Sequence record: SRR33789315_132
Strand: one strand, 5' to 3'
DNA length: 64,000 nucleotides
Shown: positions 29,046 through 39,756 of the stretch, piece by piece
Numbering within the stretch: the stretch's first letter is position 1
Layout: every line of letters starts with the position of its first letter
Notes under the pieces: model-generated
What the model was told of the DNA's origin: nothing
Databases searched by the model: none
The model's input: the letters and a program-made list of their open reading frames with translations, nothing else
Made by a program: the position numbers and the translations under genes

Positions 29046-30599
29046 ATGGAAACAACGAACGTTAGATACACACTGTTAGCAGACAGAAACGCTCACCTAT
29101 TACTCACTGGGCTCGTGTTAGGGGTGGCGGGAGATATCCTCCTTTGGGAAAGTGAAGTTGCAGGGCCAGGCATTAGTATTTGGATATTTCTCTTATGTGG
29201 GGCTACGTATCTGCTTAATAATCGTGCCGAGAGTGCTTGGCGAAAAGTGCTGGTTTGTTGGTCCGCAGTGGCATTTTCTGCGAGCCTACTTCTTGTATTG
29301 CGCGCTTCGATGAATGTGCTCCCTCTTGTGCTAATGACGATTGTGATGAGTGCCGTCCTAGTTCTGTTACAAGCCAGCGGTGGCTCTTTAGTTGAGGCAA
29401 AACTACGCGACTACTTTCGTTCAGGTTGGAGGTTACCCATACGCGTATTGCCAGGGTTATTTCCGGTGCTCGCATCTCTGCAATGGCAAGGTTTAGCCGG
29501 CAGTACAAAAGTTCTTGGGCTTGTTAAGGGAGCTCTGCTCGCCACGCCTTTATTGTTTATTTTCATAACCCTCTTTGCATCGGCAGATGCAAATTTCGAC
29601 CGCTATGTTGCAGAGTTAGTGGATACCCTAAGTTTCGCTGCTCCGCAGCATTTACTATTTATCCTCTTTGTCAGTTGGATCTCGATTGGGTTGCTGCGCT
29701 GCACCTTGTTGCAAAGAGAAACAACACGCGTTAGCGAGCGGCGATGGCAATTAGGCGCAGAAGAAACAGCCATGATCATGGGTTCATTGGCGCTCTTGTT
29801 TATTAGCTTCGTTGTGCTGCAGGCGAGCTACTTGTTTGGAGGCCAATCTACATTAGCGCTAAGTACCGGTTTAACGGCTGCGGAATACGCCCGGCGTGGT
29901 TTCTTCGAATTGATTTTGGTGGGCTCTTTGACGTTGGCAGTGCTTCTAGGATTGTCTGCTAGCGAAAATTCCACGCGTATTTTTCGTCCACTTGCGGTGG
30001 TTCTGATCGTATGTGTATTCGTTATTTTCGTTTCGGCAATTCAACGACTAAGTCTCTATATTGACTCGTTTGGGTTAAGTTTAAGTCGGGTATTTGCAGC
30101 CGCTTTCATGATATGGCTTGCGGGCAATATCTTGTCTTTCGCATTGACCTGCCTGAGAGGGAATGAAAGGGGCTTTGCGTCGGGGTTGGTACTAAGTGGT
30201 ATTGCAGCAGTTTTTATTTTGGTACTCGCAAACCCGGCCGCAATTGTAGCCAGAGTGAATCTCAATCGCTCGCTTTTAGTCGAGCAGGAGTTGGATCTAA
30301 CCTATCTTTTAAACTTGGGGCCGGACGCTGTGCCCGTTATTCTTAGCTACCTACCGCGGCTGAAAAATACACAGCAGTGCGAGATTGCGAACGCGTTTTT
30401 GCTGCGCTATGGCAATGAAAGAAATTCTAGCGTTAAAGATTGGCGTTCTTGGAATTATGGTCGTGAACATTCTAACAAAATGGTGGCCAACGCCTATGAT
30501 GAGCTCTATCAATTATCTGGTCGTGAAAAGGCAATGGTAGAGTTTAAATCGTTGTTACCAGTGCGAAGCGCGATTGTTCCACTTTGTGGCGCCGGTTAA
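29046..30599 (+). CDS. DUF4173/DUF4153-family membrane protein
   Basis: LFASAD..F, Q..YLFGG, YARRGFFEL, RL.LY...FGL...R, YL..L..DAVP, DWRSWN. Confidence 0.8.
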   Translation: METTNVRYTLLADRNAHLLLTGLVLGVAGDILLWESEVAGPGISIWIFLLCGATYLLNNRAESAWRKVLVCWSAVAFSASLLLVLRASMNVLPLVLMTIVMSAVLVLLQASGGSLVEAKLRDYFRSGWRLPIRVLPGLFPVLASLQWQGLAGSTKVLGLVKGALLATPLLFIFITLFASADANFDRYVAELVDTLSFAAPQHLLFILFVSWISIGLLRCTLLQRETTRVSERRWQLGAEETAMIMGSLALLFISFVVLQASYLFGGQSTLALSTGLTAAEYARRGFFELILVGSLTLAVLLGLSASENSTRIFRPLAVVLIVCVFVIFVSAIQRLSLYIDSFGLSLSRVFAAAFMIWLAGNILSFALTCLRGNERGFASGLVLSGIAAVFILVLANPAAIVARVNLNRSLLVEQELDLTYLLNLGPDAVPVILSYLPRLKNTQQCEIANAFLLRYGNERNSSVKDWRSWNYGREHSNKMVANAYDELYQLSGREKAMVEFKSLLPVRSAIVPLCGAG

Positions 30600-30616
30600 T
30601 TACAAGTGGAACATCT

Positions 30617-31855
30617 TTAGCTAAACATATCGAAGCCTGCGAAGCTGCCGTTCAAAATAGCGATAGTATCTCCTTGGCCTAGCCAGCCCTGCATCATGGT
30701 TTGATAAACACGGCGGAAGTCAGTGGTGTATTGCAGGTTTTCCCCCTCGGTAAGCTCGGTTAGGCTGGGGATCTCTCCGTAGTGACCGCCTTTAACGGGC
30801 TTGCCAACAACGAACATGGCGTTGGCGGCGCCATGGTCGGTGCCAAGGCTCACGTTTTCGGGTACGCGACGTCCGAACTCAGAGAAAATCATTAATACAA
30901 CATCATCAGCGCGACCGATTCGTTCAAGGTCCTGCATAAAGCCTGCGACTGCGTCGGAAGTGTAGGTCAACAAACGTTGATGTAAGTCGTTCTGAAATAC
31001 ATGGGTGTCGAAGGCATTATTGCGATAGGCCACGTAATAAAGGCTGGTAGGCATGTCGGCCTCAAGCAAGGCGACAACCTTGGGTAGATCGAGCCCTGCA
31101 ATTCCGTAATCGACAGGCGAGTCATAATTCTTCCAGGCCTCCCGCACTAAGCTAGAGGCATCATTGGCGCTGCGGGCAATATCGAGCAGGAAGCGACGGG
31201 AAGGATTGTCGATTGCGCCGACTTCTGCCACCGCCTCCAAGGCTTGCTTCTCCTCAAAGAACGCTTCACGCATGAAGCGCGCCGGCTCATCGAAAACCAC
31301 TGGAACATGACGCTGGCTACGCACCGCCAGTGACTGGCGATCGGCGATGTTGACGAGGAAGTTAGCCGGGGCATCTGGCGCCATCGTGTCGGCGAGTTTA
31401 CCTACCCAGCCGTATTCGTCACCGCTATTGGGTGAAGCGGTATGCCAATAGGCCATGGAAGTGAAATGTGAATAGGAAGGATTGTCATAGCCACAGCCAT
31501 GCACGATCGCCATCTTACCGTCTTTATAGAGTCGTTCGAATCCAGACATGCCAGGATTGAAACCGAAATGATCATCGATCAGGCGCAGCTTGTTCTTCGG
31601 TAAGCCTATATTGGGACGGTTGCGATAATAAGCGTCGTCGCCATAGGGAACTACGGTATTGAGGCCATCGTTGCCGCCGGAAAGCTCGAGAATGACGAGC
31701 ACTTTACCATCGGCCTGAGCCTTGGCGGCAGCTGCTTGAGCTGCGCGTGCAAAACCTGTGGGCACCATTCCAAGCGCGCCAAGACCTAGGCCGAATCCTG
31801 CACGGAGTAGGGCGCGGCGGTTGAGAGGCTGTTGCAGCAATGGGGACTTTTTCAT
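30617..31855 (-). CDS. DUF1501 family Tat-exported protein
   Basis: NRRALL Tat motif; L.GGNDGLNTVVP, SHF, FDTH, SEFGRR, GTDHG, DFR.VY. Confidence 0.92.
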   Translation of the reverse strand: MKKSPLLQQPLNRRALLRAGFGLGLGALGMVPTGFARAAQAAAAKAQADGKVLVILELSGGNDGLNTVVPYGDDAYYRNRPNIGLPKNKLRLIDDHFGFNPGMSGFERLYKDGKMAIVHGCGYDNPSYSHFTSMAYWHTASPNSGDEYGWVGKLADTMAPDAPANFLVNIADRQSLAVRSQRHVPVVFDEPARFMREAFFEEKQALEAVAEVGAIDNPSRRFLLDIARSANDASSLVREAWKNYDSPVDYGIAGLDLPKVVALLEADMPTSLYYVAYRNNAFDTHVFQNDLHQRLLTYTSDAVAGFMQDLERIGRADDVVLMIFSEFGRRVPENVSLGTDHGAANAMFVVGKPVKGGHYGEIPSLTELTEGENLQYTTDFRRVYQTMMQGWLGQGDTIAILNGSFAGFDMFS

Positions 31856-31871
31856 GGTCGTCTCGCTCTTA

Positions 31872-33707
31872 TTAGCTCAGTTGGTACTCGGGTTGGCTCA
31901 TGACCAGATGCAGCAAAAGTCGCAACGAGTCTTCCATATAACTTTGCGCTATCGTGATATCGGAGGTGCCTAAGTCCTCGTTGAGAAACGCGATTAGTCT
32001 TCCCCGCGTTTCTTGGTCGGGAGCCACCCGCATGAAGCGCCCTATAAAGTAGTCGACTACATCGTCGCTTCTCACGAGCCCCTCATTCATCACCATGGCA
32101 CTTAGATTCAATTGGGCGGTCTGTCTTGGAATCGGGATAACGCGCTCGATTGCCATCTGCCAGCCACGAAAGCTGCCATAACGCGTATTGAAGTCCTCAT
32201 CGCGGTCCGCCAGCATATTAGACTCCGCCATTACTTGGCCCTCGCCCACGGCTGAGGGTTGGGTTGCGGTAGTGATGTCTAGGCCTTGGCGAATGCGATC
32301 GGCGACACTGCGGATCTCTTCGCTGCCATTAACACGATCGGGCGGGATGAAGTTAATATCGGGAAACAAAACATCGCGCGCGAAATTACCGCGCTCCAAT
32401 AATAGTCCTGGCGTGATCCAAGTGCGCCCGCCAGCCCAACCAGCGACAGTTGGCGGACGGAACAGGGACTGCCCTAAGGCGCCTGTTGCCATATTAAAAT
32501 CGGGTACGCCAGGCGCCTCCTTCAAACCTAACTTACGATAGGTGGACACGGCGAGTTGTACCGGGCTTTTAATTTGCGTGCCCATCGAGGCGTTGCTATA
32601 AAAGTCCTGCGACAGGAAGATTGTTTCGAGGAGCGGGGCTATCTCATAGTTGGCATTGCGTAGCACGTCGCCTAGTTGACCCTGCAAGGCGGGGGATAAG
32701 TCTTGGCGCACAAAATAACGGTAGAGCTTGCCTGCTATATAATCGGCAGTCGCATCCTGTGCCATGATGATATCAATGATCTGCACGCCATCGAAATTGC
32801 CATGTCGCCCTAGAAACTCTTTCTCGTCATTGTCGTGTTGCTCTGCGTTGACTACAAAGTTTACGTCTACGTAGTTCCAGCCGGTGAAGGCACGTGCCGC
32901 CTCACGAATGTCTTTCTCGCTATAGTGACCAACGCCCATGGTAAAAAGCTCCATGATCTCGCGGGCGAAATTCTCGTTCGGAGCCCCTTTTACATTAACC
33001 CCAGCATCGAGGAAGGAGAGCATCGCCGGATCCTGTGCCACGGCGACCATCAAATCGCGAAAGCTTCCGGTACCCATCTCGTGAAACAGGGTTAATTCAT
33101 TCAATAGTTTGCGGTAGTCGCGGACCTTGCTTTCATTCACGGCGAAGTGGCCGTGCCAGAACAGCGCCATTTTTTCCTGTAAGGGTGCGTTCGTGTTGAC
33201 CATGCGATTAGCCCACCAATAGGCCACGCGATTGGTCTCCAGCACGCTGGCGCGCAACCAATAGAAAAACTTGTTTACTACAGGCTGAAGGCGACGATTA
33301 CCCTTGGGCTTTACCTTAACGCCAAGTGCCTCGCCATTAGCCTTGGCTAATTCCGTTGTGGCAGGGCGACTAGGGGGAAATGGTTCTAGCCCCGGGTCGT
33401 GAATGCCAGAGTGCTCGAAAGGGGCAAGGTGGTGATTGTCGACATCTTGGAAATAGACGAGGGATTGCACAGCCTGGGAGGGCGACATGGCGGCAAGTGC
33501 TTCAACCTGCTCTGGCGTGCCTCCGAAACCCGCTCGCTCGAGCAGATGTGCTGCAGTTTCGTAATTCCAGCGCGCGGTGGGGAGTGGGCTGAGTTGATCT
33601 CGCCCGTCATCCAGACCTGTTTGCTGCGCTGTGCTGATGGGGGCATTCACTAGTGACGCGAGTGATAATGCGCTTAGCAAAGCGAATTTGTTCAGGAATC
33701 CAGCCAT
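31872..33707 (-). CDS. DUF1800 family protein
   Basis: AAHLL.RAGFG, EKMALFWHGHF, PNENFAREIMELFTMG, ARAFTGW, PP.V.GW, PEYQL. Confidence 0.92.
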   Translation of the reverse strand: MAGFLNKFALLSALSLASLVNAPISTAQQTGLDDGRDQLSPLPTARWNYETAAHLLERAGFGGTPEQVEALAAMSPSQAVQSLVYFQDVDNHHLAPFEHSGIHDPGLEPFPPSRPATTELAKANGEALGVKVKPKGNRRLQPVVNKFFYWLRASVLETNRVAYWWANRMVNTNAPLQEKMALFWHGHFAVNESKVRDYRKLLNELTLFHEMGTGSFRDLMVAVAQDPAMLSFLDAGVNVKGAPNENFAREIMELFTMGVGHYSEKDIREAARAFTGWNYVDVNFVVNAEQHDNDEKEFLGRHGNFDGVQIIDIIMAQDATADYIAGKLYRYFVRQDLSPALQGQLGDVLRNANYEIAPLLETIFLSQDFYSNASMGTQIKSPVQLAVSTYRKLGLKEAPGVPDFNMATGALGQSLFRPPTVAGWAGGRTWITPGLLLERGNFARDVLFPDINFIPPDRVNGSEEIRSVADRIRQGLDITTATQPSAVGEGQVMAESNMLADRDEDFNTRYGSFRGWQMAIERVIPIPRQTAQLNLSAMVMNEGLVRSDDVVDYFIGRFMRVAPDQETRGRLIAFLNEDLGTSDITIAQSYMEDSLRLLLHLVMSQPEYQLS

Positions 33708-33764
33708 ATTGCGGGTCCTTTTATTGTTCTAGTGTCAGAGGCTGTCGCTATTCTAGCGCTAAGC

Positions 33765-34490
33765 CTACACCCTGCCCATGGTCTTGGCGCTATCTGCGCT
33801 GGTATTTTCGTGTTGTGCGCGCATCGCATCGAGACCTGCGAAAAGGAAGTCTTTGAGGTGCGCTTTCAACGCGGCTTTATCTTCCCATACCTGTCCGATA
33901 ACGCGACTCATATTGGCGCGATGCCCTACCAATAGGAGCATGCAGGGGCCTACCGCGCTGAGAACTGCGAGTGACAGGGCCGGGTCCGATTCGTCTATGC
34001 CAGTGATCTCGCTAATTAAGACTCGAATGAGTGAGAATTTTGGGAGGGCTTCCTTTTCGATCATCTCCTCGATAAAGACCGAAGGGGTCATGATCTCGCG
34101 AATGAACAGACGAGAATGCCACTGGCAACTGTCGACTCCATCCACGAGGGAGTCAAGAATTCGGGAGAGCTTAACGCGAGGGTCGTCCTGACTCTTCGTA
34201 ATATCTAACAATGTGTTGAGGCCGATCAACCTGCGATGGGATTCCACCAGCACACTGCTATAGAGTCCATCGCGACTACCAAAATGATAATTCACCGCAG
34301 CGACGTTACAGCCACATTCCTCACAGATTAGCTTGCTAGTCGTGCCGCCATAGCCTAAGTCGGCGAATAATTGTCCTGCGGTTTCCAGAATCTGCTGGCG
34401 GGTATTGTCCCCGTCTGCGCGGGAAAGACGCCCGGCCTGCTTGCCGTTGGAGCTAGCAGCCTCTGTAGTTTTAGCTTTGTTCAATGCCAT
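33765..34490 (-). CDS. TetR/CecR(YbiH)-like regulator
   Basis: TRQQILETAGQLF...NVAAVNYHFGS..GLY; CecR-like C-terminus; divergent from a ybhG-like operon. Confidence 0.88.
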   Translation of the reverse strand: MALNKAKTTEAASSNGKQAGRLSRADGDNTRQQILETAGQLFADLGYGGTTSKLICEECGCNVAAVNYHFGSRDGLYSSVLVESHRRLIGLNTLLDITKSQDDPRVKLSRILDSLVDGVDSCQWHSRLFIREIMTPSVFIEEMIEKEALPKFSLIRVLISEITGIDESDPALSLAVLSAVGPCMLLLVGHRANMSRVIGQVWEDKAALKAHLKDFLFAGLDAMRAQHENTSADSAKTMGRV

Positions 34491-34521
34491 GCGATTGTTT
34501 CTCAAAGACTTTAGTTTAAAT

Positions 34522-34537
34522 TCAAATTTGCATTTGA
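34522..34537. promoter_or_regulatory. Candidate TetR operator
   Basis: TCAAAT-TTGC-ATTTGA palindrome in the divergent promoter region. Confidence 0.5.
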
Positions 34538-34604
34538 TTTAGGCGATTCTAACAGCTAATATCGCCACAATCATCACTCAACTGCCGAATGGGTCAAACT
34601 TACT

Positions 34605-35615
34605 ATGGATAAGAAAAAAATTCTCGTGCCGGTGCTATTTCTCGGAGCGGCGGCAATTCTAATCCTGCAGCCATGGCGCACTAATGAAATGAGCGACGAC
34701 ATTGTGCTGTATGGCAATGTCGATCTGCGCCAAGTGGCATTAGCGTTCAAGGGCAATGAGAGAGTCCAAGAAATGCGCGTGGAGGAGGGCGATAGCGTAG
34801 TGCCTGGCCAAGTGCTAGCCGTATTAGATACCAGCATGCTTGAGCTGCGCATCCGTCAGGCGCAGGCGCAGGTTAGAGTACAGCAAGAAGGTCTGAATCG
34901 GCTGCGTTCGGGCAGCCGCCCCCAGGAGATTGCGCAGACCGAGGCGGCGAGTGCCGCAGCACAAGCAGAACTGACTCAGGCACGTCAGCAACTCGAACGG
35001 CTAAGCAACGTGCGTGCGGAAACTAACGGCCAAGCGGTAAGCCAACTCGATATCGAAACTGGCGAAGCCCGTGTAGCGATTGCTCAGGCGAATCTGCGCC
35101 GTGCGCAACAAGTGCAGGAATTAAGCGTAGACGGTCCTGCGAGTGAGGATATCGCGCGAGCAGAGGCGATGCTTGAGGCCGCTAACGCAGAACTCGCAGT
35201 GTTAGAACAGCAGCTCGAAGATGCACAGCTGCGTGCCCCAATCGCCGCGATTGTGCGCTCCCGGCTACTTGAGCCTGGCGATATGGCCTCCCCCCAGCGG
35301 CCAGCCTATAACCTCGCGATCGTCGAGCCTAAATGGGTTCGCGCCTATGTCAGCGAGACAGACCTAGGGCGCGTGCAAGCGGGGCAGGCTGCTTCGATCA
35401 CTACCGATAGTCATCCAGACCAAGCGCTGCAGGGCATCGTGGGCTATATCTCTTCAGTGGCGGAGTTCACTCCGAAGACAGTGCAAACTGAGGACTTGCG
35501 CACGAGCCTCGTTTACGAGATTCGCATACGCGTCACAGACCCTGAAAATCAACTTCGCTTGGGCATGCCCGCGACTGTTCAGCTTATGGCCGCTGGCGCG
35601 GGGGCGCAGCGCTAA
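34605..35615 (+). CDS. HlyD-family periplasmic adaptor (YbhG-like)
   Basis: LYGNVDLRQV, G.RPQEI, WVRAYV.E, AEFTPKTVQT.DLRTSLVY. Confidence 0.92.
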   Translation: MDKKKILVPVLFLGAAAILILQPWRTNEMSDDIVLYGNVDLRQVALAFKGNERVQEMRVEEGDSVVPGQVLAVLDTSMLELRIRQAQAQVRVQQEGLNRLRSGSRPQEIAQTEAASAAAQAELTQARQQLERLSNVRAETNGQAVSQLDIETGEARVAIAQANLRRAQQVQELSVDGPASEDIARAEAMLEAANAELAVLEQQLEDAQLRAPIAAIVRSRLLEPGDMASPQRPAYNLAIVEPKWVRAYVSETDLGRVQAGQAASITTDSHPDQALQGIVGYISSVAEFTPKTVQTEDLRTSLVYEIRIRVTDPENQLRLGMPATVQLMAAGAGAQR

Positions 35616-37444
35616 TGAGCGGGACAGGCTGCGCCGTCGCAGTTCAAGGGGTTCACAAGCAGTTTCTCGACAAAGAGTCGGGCCGCACGATTATCGCGCT
35701 GCGCGACATTAATATGTCGATACCCAGTGGCACCATTAGCGCTTTCGTTGGTCCTGATGGTGCGGGCAAGACGACGCTACTGCGTCTAATGGCGGGTTTG
35801 CTGCGCGCCGATAAAGGCAGCATCGAAGTGCTCGGTGTGGACGCTAGGCGCGACCCTCAACAGATACAAGACCGCATCAGTTATATGCCCCAACGCTTCG
35901 GCCTCTACGAAGACCTCAGCGTGCAGGAGAACCTAGACCTCTACGCAGATCTGCACGGCGTGGAAGCCGAGGCTCGCGTGGAGCGATACAAGCGTCTCAT
36001 GGAGATGACAGGTCTCGCCAAATTCACCGCGCGTCCGGCAGGGAAACTCTCCGGTGGCATGAAACAGAAGCTCGGCCTTGCCTGCACCTTGGTGCGCTCC
36101 CCGGAACTACTTCTATTGGACGAACCCACGGTGGGGGTAGACCCGCTCTCGCGTGTAGAGCTTTGGGAGATCGTGGAGCAACTGCGTAAAGACGAGCAAT
36201 TGACCGTCATCATTAGTACCGCCTATCTCGACGAGGCAGAGCGCTGTGCGCAGGTCTATGTCATGCACGAGGGCGAGGTACTGGCGCAGGGCACCCCCGC
36301 GGCACTCAGTGACCACGCACGCGGGCGCTGCTTTATGGCGTTCTCGGAATCTAAGCAACCCACTCGCGTACTCCAGTCAACACTACTCGATGCGGCGAGT
36401 TTGGTGGTCGATGCCGTCCCACAAGGCGGCGACGTGCGCTTTATATTAAACGAAGAGGCAAGATTAGATTCCGAAGAGTTGAAAACCATACTCAAAGAGG
36501 CACGAATCGAAGAAGTTCAACCGCGGCTAGAAGATGGCTTCATGGTGTTGATGCGTGCCAAATTGCAGCAAGAGAAGAGTGATGTGCAGGCGGCGTTGAC
36601 GGCTGCCGCCTCGTTGGCAAAGAAAAGCGACACGCAAGATGCCGATAGCCGTAGTGACCCCGCAGAGGTGATGATCGAGGTACGCGATCTGGTGCGCAAG
36701 TTCGACGACTTTATCGCCGTCAACAGCACTTCCTTTGCCGTGACACGCGGCGAAATCTTCGGCCTACTTGGCCCCAATGGGGCGGGCAAGACTACCACCT
36801 TTCGCATGCTCTGCGGTTTATTGCCTGCCACTAGCGGCTTCTTACAAGTGGCAGGCGTAAACCTGCGCACCGCACGCGCGGATGCGAGGCGCCGCATCGG
36901 CTATGTGTCTCAAAAGTTCTCTCTCTACGGCAATTTATCGGTGCAAGAGAACCTCGAGTTCTTCGGCGGTGCCTATGGTTTGCGGGGCAAACGCCTGCGC
37001 GAGCGCATGAACACTGTGAAAGAGCAGTTCGAGTTGCATGGGCTAGAGCGCACGCCTTCGGGGCATCTGCCTGGTGGGTTTAAACAACGCCTCGCGATGG
37101 CGGTGGGTCTATTACATGAGCCAGACATCCTCTTCCTCGACGAACCCACTAGCGGCACCGATCCACTGGCGCGCCGCGAGTTCTGGCGACGCATCACCGC
37201 ACTCGCCAAAACGGGTGTGACCATCATCATTACGACGCACTTCCTTGACGAGGCCGAGTATTGCGATCGCATTGTGATTCAAGATGCCGGTGAATTAAAG
37301 GCGTTGGGAACGCCCCGCGAGGTGTGGGTGCAGGCAGGGCATAGTGCCAAGTCGCCCCTCAATATGGAAAAGGCTTTTATTGATATCGTGAATCAGGCGC
37401 GTCAGAAAACACAGGAGAGCGCAGCGGAGGTGGTCCATGCCTGA
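35615..37444 (+). CDS. Double ABC ATPase (YbhF-like)
   Basis: Two Walker A motifs (GPDGAGKT, GPNGAGKT), LSGGMKQK, LLLDEP. Confidence 0.93.
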   Translation: MSGTGCAVAVQGVHKQFLDKESGRTIIALRDINMSIPSGTISAFVGPDGAGKTTLLRLMAGLLRADKGSIEVLGVDARRDPQQIQDRISYMPQRFGLYEDLSVQENLDLYADLHGVEAEARVERYKRLMEMTGLAKFTARPAGKLSGGMKQKLGLACTLVRSPELLLLDEPTVGVDPLSRVELWEIVEQLRKDEQLTVIISTAYLDEAERCAQVYVMHEGEVLAQGTPAALSDHARGRCFMAFSESKQPTRVLQSTLLDAASLVVDAVPQGGDVRFILNEEARLDSEELKTILKEARIEEVQPRLEDGFMVLMRAKLQQEKSDVQAALTAAASLAKKSDTQDADSRSDPAEVMIEVRDLVRKFDDFIAVNSTSFAVTRGEIFGLLGPNGAGKTTTFRMLCGLLPATSGFLQVAGVNLRTARADARRRIGYVSQKFSLYGNLSVQENLEFFGGAYGLRGKRLRERMNTVKEQFELHGLERTPSGHLPGGFKQRLAMAVGLLHEPDILFLDEPTSGTDPLARREFWRRITALAKTGVTIIITTHFLDEAEYCDRIVIQDAGELKALGTPREVWVQAGHSAKSPLNMEKAFIDIVNQARQKTQESAAEVVHA

Positions 37445-38615
37445 AGCCGTCGCAACTGCACAGCAACACAATTCGCCTCAGCACTCGCTGCGTGCCTTTG
37501 TGCGCCGCCTCCTCGCGCTTACCCGTAAGGAAGTACGCCAGTTGCTGCGCGATAAGAGCAACCTTTCCATTGGCTTACTTCTGCCGGTCATTCTCATGTT
37601 GATCTTCGGTTATGGTCTGTCTCTGGATGTGAAGAACGCCCCGATCGCGGTGGTGATGGACGATGCGTCGCCCACTGCGATGGAGACCATAGTGGGTCTG
37701 CAATTGAGCCCCTATCTCACTCCCGTAATGCTCACTTCGATGCAAGAGGCCGAGGCCATGATGCTCGCGCGTGAGGTTGATGGCATTGTGCGTGTGCCGA
37801 GTAATTACTCCAGCGCCTTGGCGGCAGGGCACGCCTCAGTTCAAGTGATCGTCCATGGCGCTGAGGCCAGTCGCGCGAGCATTATTCTGAATTACGTTAC
37901 CGCGACACTTGCCCAACAAGGCAGCAGAAATGCCGACCGTGTCGGCGGCATCGGCCAAGGCAGCATCGGCTATGTGAATATCGAGTCGCGGCTGTGGTTC
38001 AACGAGTCTAACACCAGCACTTGGTATCTAGTGCCTGGCCTGATTGTGCTTATCATTACCTTGGTGGGAGCATTCTTGACGGCACTGGTGATGGCACGGG
38101 AATGGGAGCGCGGTACCTTCGAGGCGCTATTCGTATCCCCTGTAAAACCCGTCGAGATCTTGCTGGCGAAAATCATTCCCTATTTCTGCGTGGGCATTAT
38201 CGGCCTGACTATGTGCCTTTGCACAGCACGGTTCTTGTTTGGAGTCCCGATGGAAGGGTCCTTGCTGATCCTACTTTTTGCCTCGGTATTGTACCTGCTT
38301 GTTGCACTCGGTATTGGACTGTTGATCTCCTCGGTGACAAAGAATCAATTCATGGCCAGTCAGGTGTCACTCTTAGTGAGCCTGTTGCCTGTGTTCATGT
38401 TGTCCGGCTTTATGTTCGATTTGCGCAATGTGCCGGTGGCAATCAATGTCATTGGCCATTTATTTCCCGCCACGCATTTCATGACGCTGATCAAGACGCT
38501 CATGCTGGCGGGGAATGTGTGGCCACAGATCATTGTCGAGTGCAGCATTCTCATTGCTTATGCTGTGTTGTTCATTTCTCTGGCGCGGGTTGTGACGCGC
38601 AAACGACTGGATTAG
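37437..38615 (+). CDS. ABC-2 permease (YbhS-like)
   Basis: KE.RQL.RD, LVPGL, AREWERGT.E.L, LSGF.F. Confidence 0.92.
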   Translation: MPEAVATAQQHNSPQHSLRAFVRRLLALTRKEVRQLLRDKSNLSIGLLLPVILMLIFGYGLSLDVKNAPIAVVMDDASPTAMETIVGLQLSPYLTPVMLTSMQEAEAMMLAREVDGIVRVPSNYSSALAAGHASVQVIVHGAEASRASIILNYVTATLAQQGSRNADRVGGIGQGSIGYVNIESRLWFNESNTSTWYLVPGLIVLIITLVGAFLTALVMAREWERGTFEALFVSPVKPVEILLAKIIPYFCVGIIGLTMCLCTARFLFGVPMEGSLLILLFASVLYLLVALGIGLLISSVTKNQFMASQVSLLVSLLPVFMLSGFMFDLRNVPVAINVIGHLFPATHFMTLIKTLMLAGNVWPQIIVECSILIAYAVLFISLARVVTRKRLD

Positions 38616-38624
38616 GGGGATACT

Positions 38625-39743
38625 ATGTTGGCACTACTGCATCGCATCCTTGTTCTATGCCGTAAGGAATTGCTCGCCATTTTAAAGGACCCCTCCAGCC
38701 GCATCGTGTTGATCATGCCGGTGTTCATTCAGAGTTTCCTATTCGGCTATGCCGCGACCTACGATCTGACTAATGCTCCCTATGCGGTGCTAGATCAGAG
38801 CCGCTCCGCAATCTCGACGGAGTTGATCGCGAAGCTTGAGAGTAGCGGGGTGTTCCACCGAGTGGCGAACCTGAGCTCTGAGCATGAGATCGCGGAAATA
38901 ATCGATGTCGGGGATGCCCTCTTAGTGCTGCAGTTCGGCCCGACGTTCGCCGAAGATTTAAATGCAGGCAAAGAAGCGGACCTGCAAGTGATCTTGGATG
39001 CGCGCAACTCCAATAGTGCCGGTTCGGCGGCAGCCTATGTCAGCGCTATTGTGACCTCGTTCAATCAGGATTGGCGTAAGAGCCACGGCGGGGGAGAACC
39101 ACCACTTAGCATCGAATCGCGCGCCTGGTATAACCCGAATCTGGAAACCCGCTGGTTCTTTATGCCCAGCATGATTGCCTCACTGGCCTTCTTGCAGACG
39201 CTGATGCTGACGGCCTTGTCGGTGGCTCGCGAGCGCGAGCAGGGCACCTTCGACCAACTATTGGTCACGCCAATGTCGCCTACTGAGATCATGATTGGCA
39301 AGGCGGTGCCGCCCATCATGATTGGCTTGGTGCAATCCACCATTGTGATGTTAGTGACCAAGTATTGGTTCGAAGTGCCTATGGCGGGGTCATTCGTCAC
39401 ACTTTATTTGGGGCTTATCTTCTTCATGATTTCGAGCGTCGGGGTAGGGCTGGCGATCTCCGCTCTGTCTGCGAATATGCAGCAGGCGATGCTGTACGCC
39501 TTTATGCTGATCATGCCGTTGATGTTGCTCTCTGGCCTAGCCACTCCGGTGCGCAATATGCCCATGCCGATTCAAATTTTAACCTATGCCAATCCCCTGC
39601 GCTTCGCCATCGACATCATTCAGCGGGTGTATCTAGAGGGAGTGAGCATCCTGACGGTCTGGCACGATTTGGTGCCCTTGTTTGTAATCGCTGCGTTGAC
39701 CCTGCCCTGGGCTGCGTGGTTGTTTCGTCATCGCTTAGTGTAA
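38625..39743 (+). CDS. ABC-2 permease (YbhR-like)
   Basis: RAWYNPNL, AREREQGTFDQLLVTP, LLSG..TP..NMP. Confidence 0.92.
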   Translation: MLALLHRILVLCRKELLAILKDPSSRIVLIMPVFIQSFLFGYAATYDLTNAPYAVLDQSRSAISTELIAKLESSGVFHRVANLSSEHEIAEIIDVGDALLVLQFGPTFAEDLNAGKEADLQVILDARNSNSAGSAAAYVSAIVTSFNQDWRKSHGGGEPPLSIESRAWYNPNLETRWFFMPSMIASLAFLQTLMLTALSVAREREQGTFDQLLVTPMSPTEIMIGKAVPPIMIGLVQSTIVMLVTKYWFEVPMAGSFVTLYLGLIFFMISSVGVGLAISALSANMQQAMLYAFMLIMPLMLLSGLATPVRNMPMPIQILTYANPLRFAIDIIQRVYLEGVSILTVWHDLVPLFVIAALTLPWAAWLFRHRLV

Positions 39744-39756
39744 TTCGGGAGAACTC

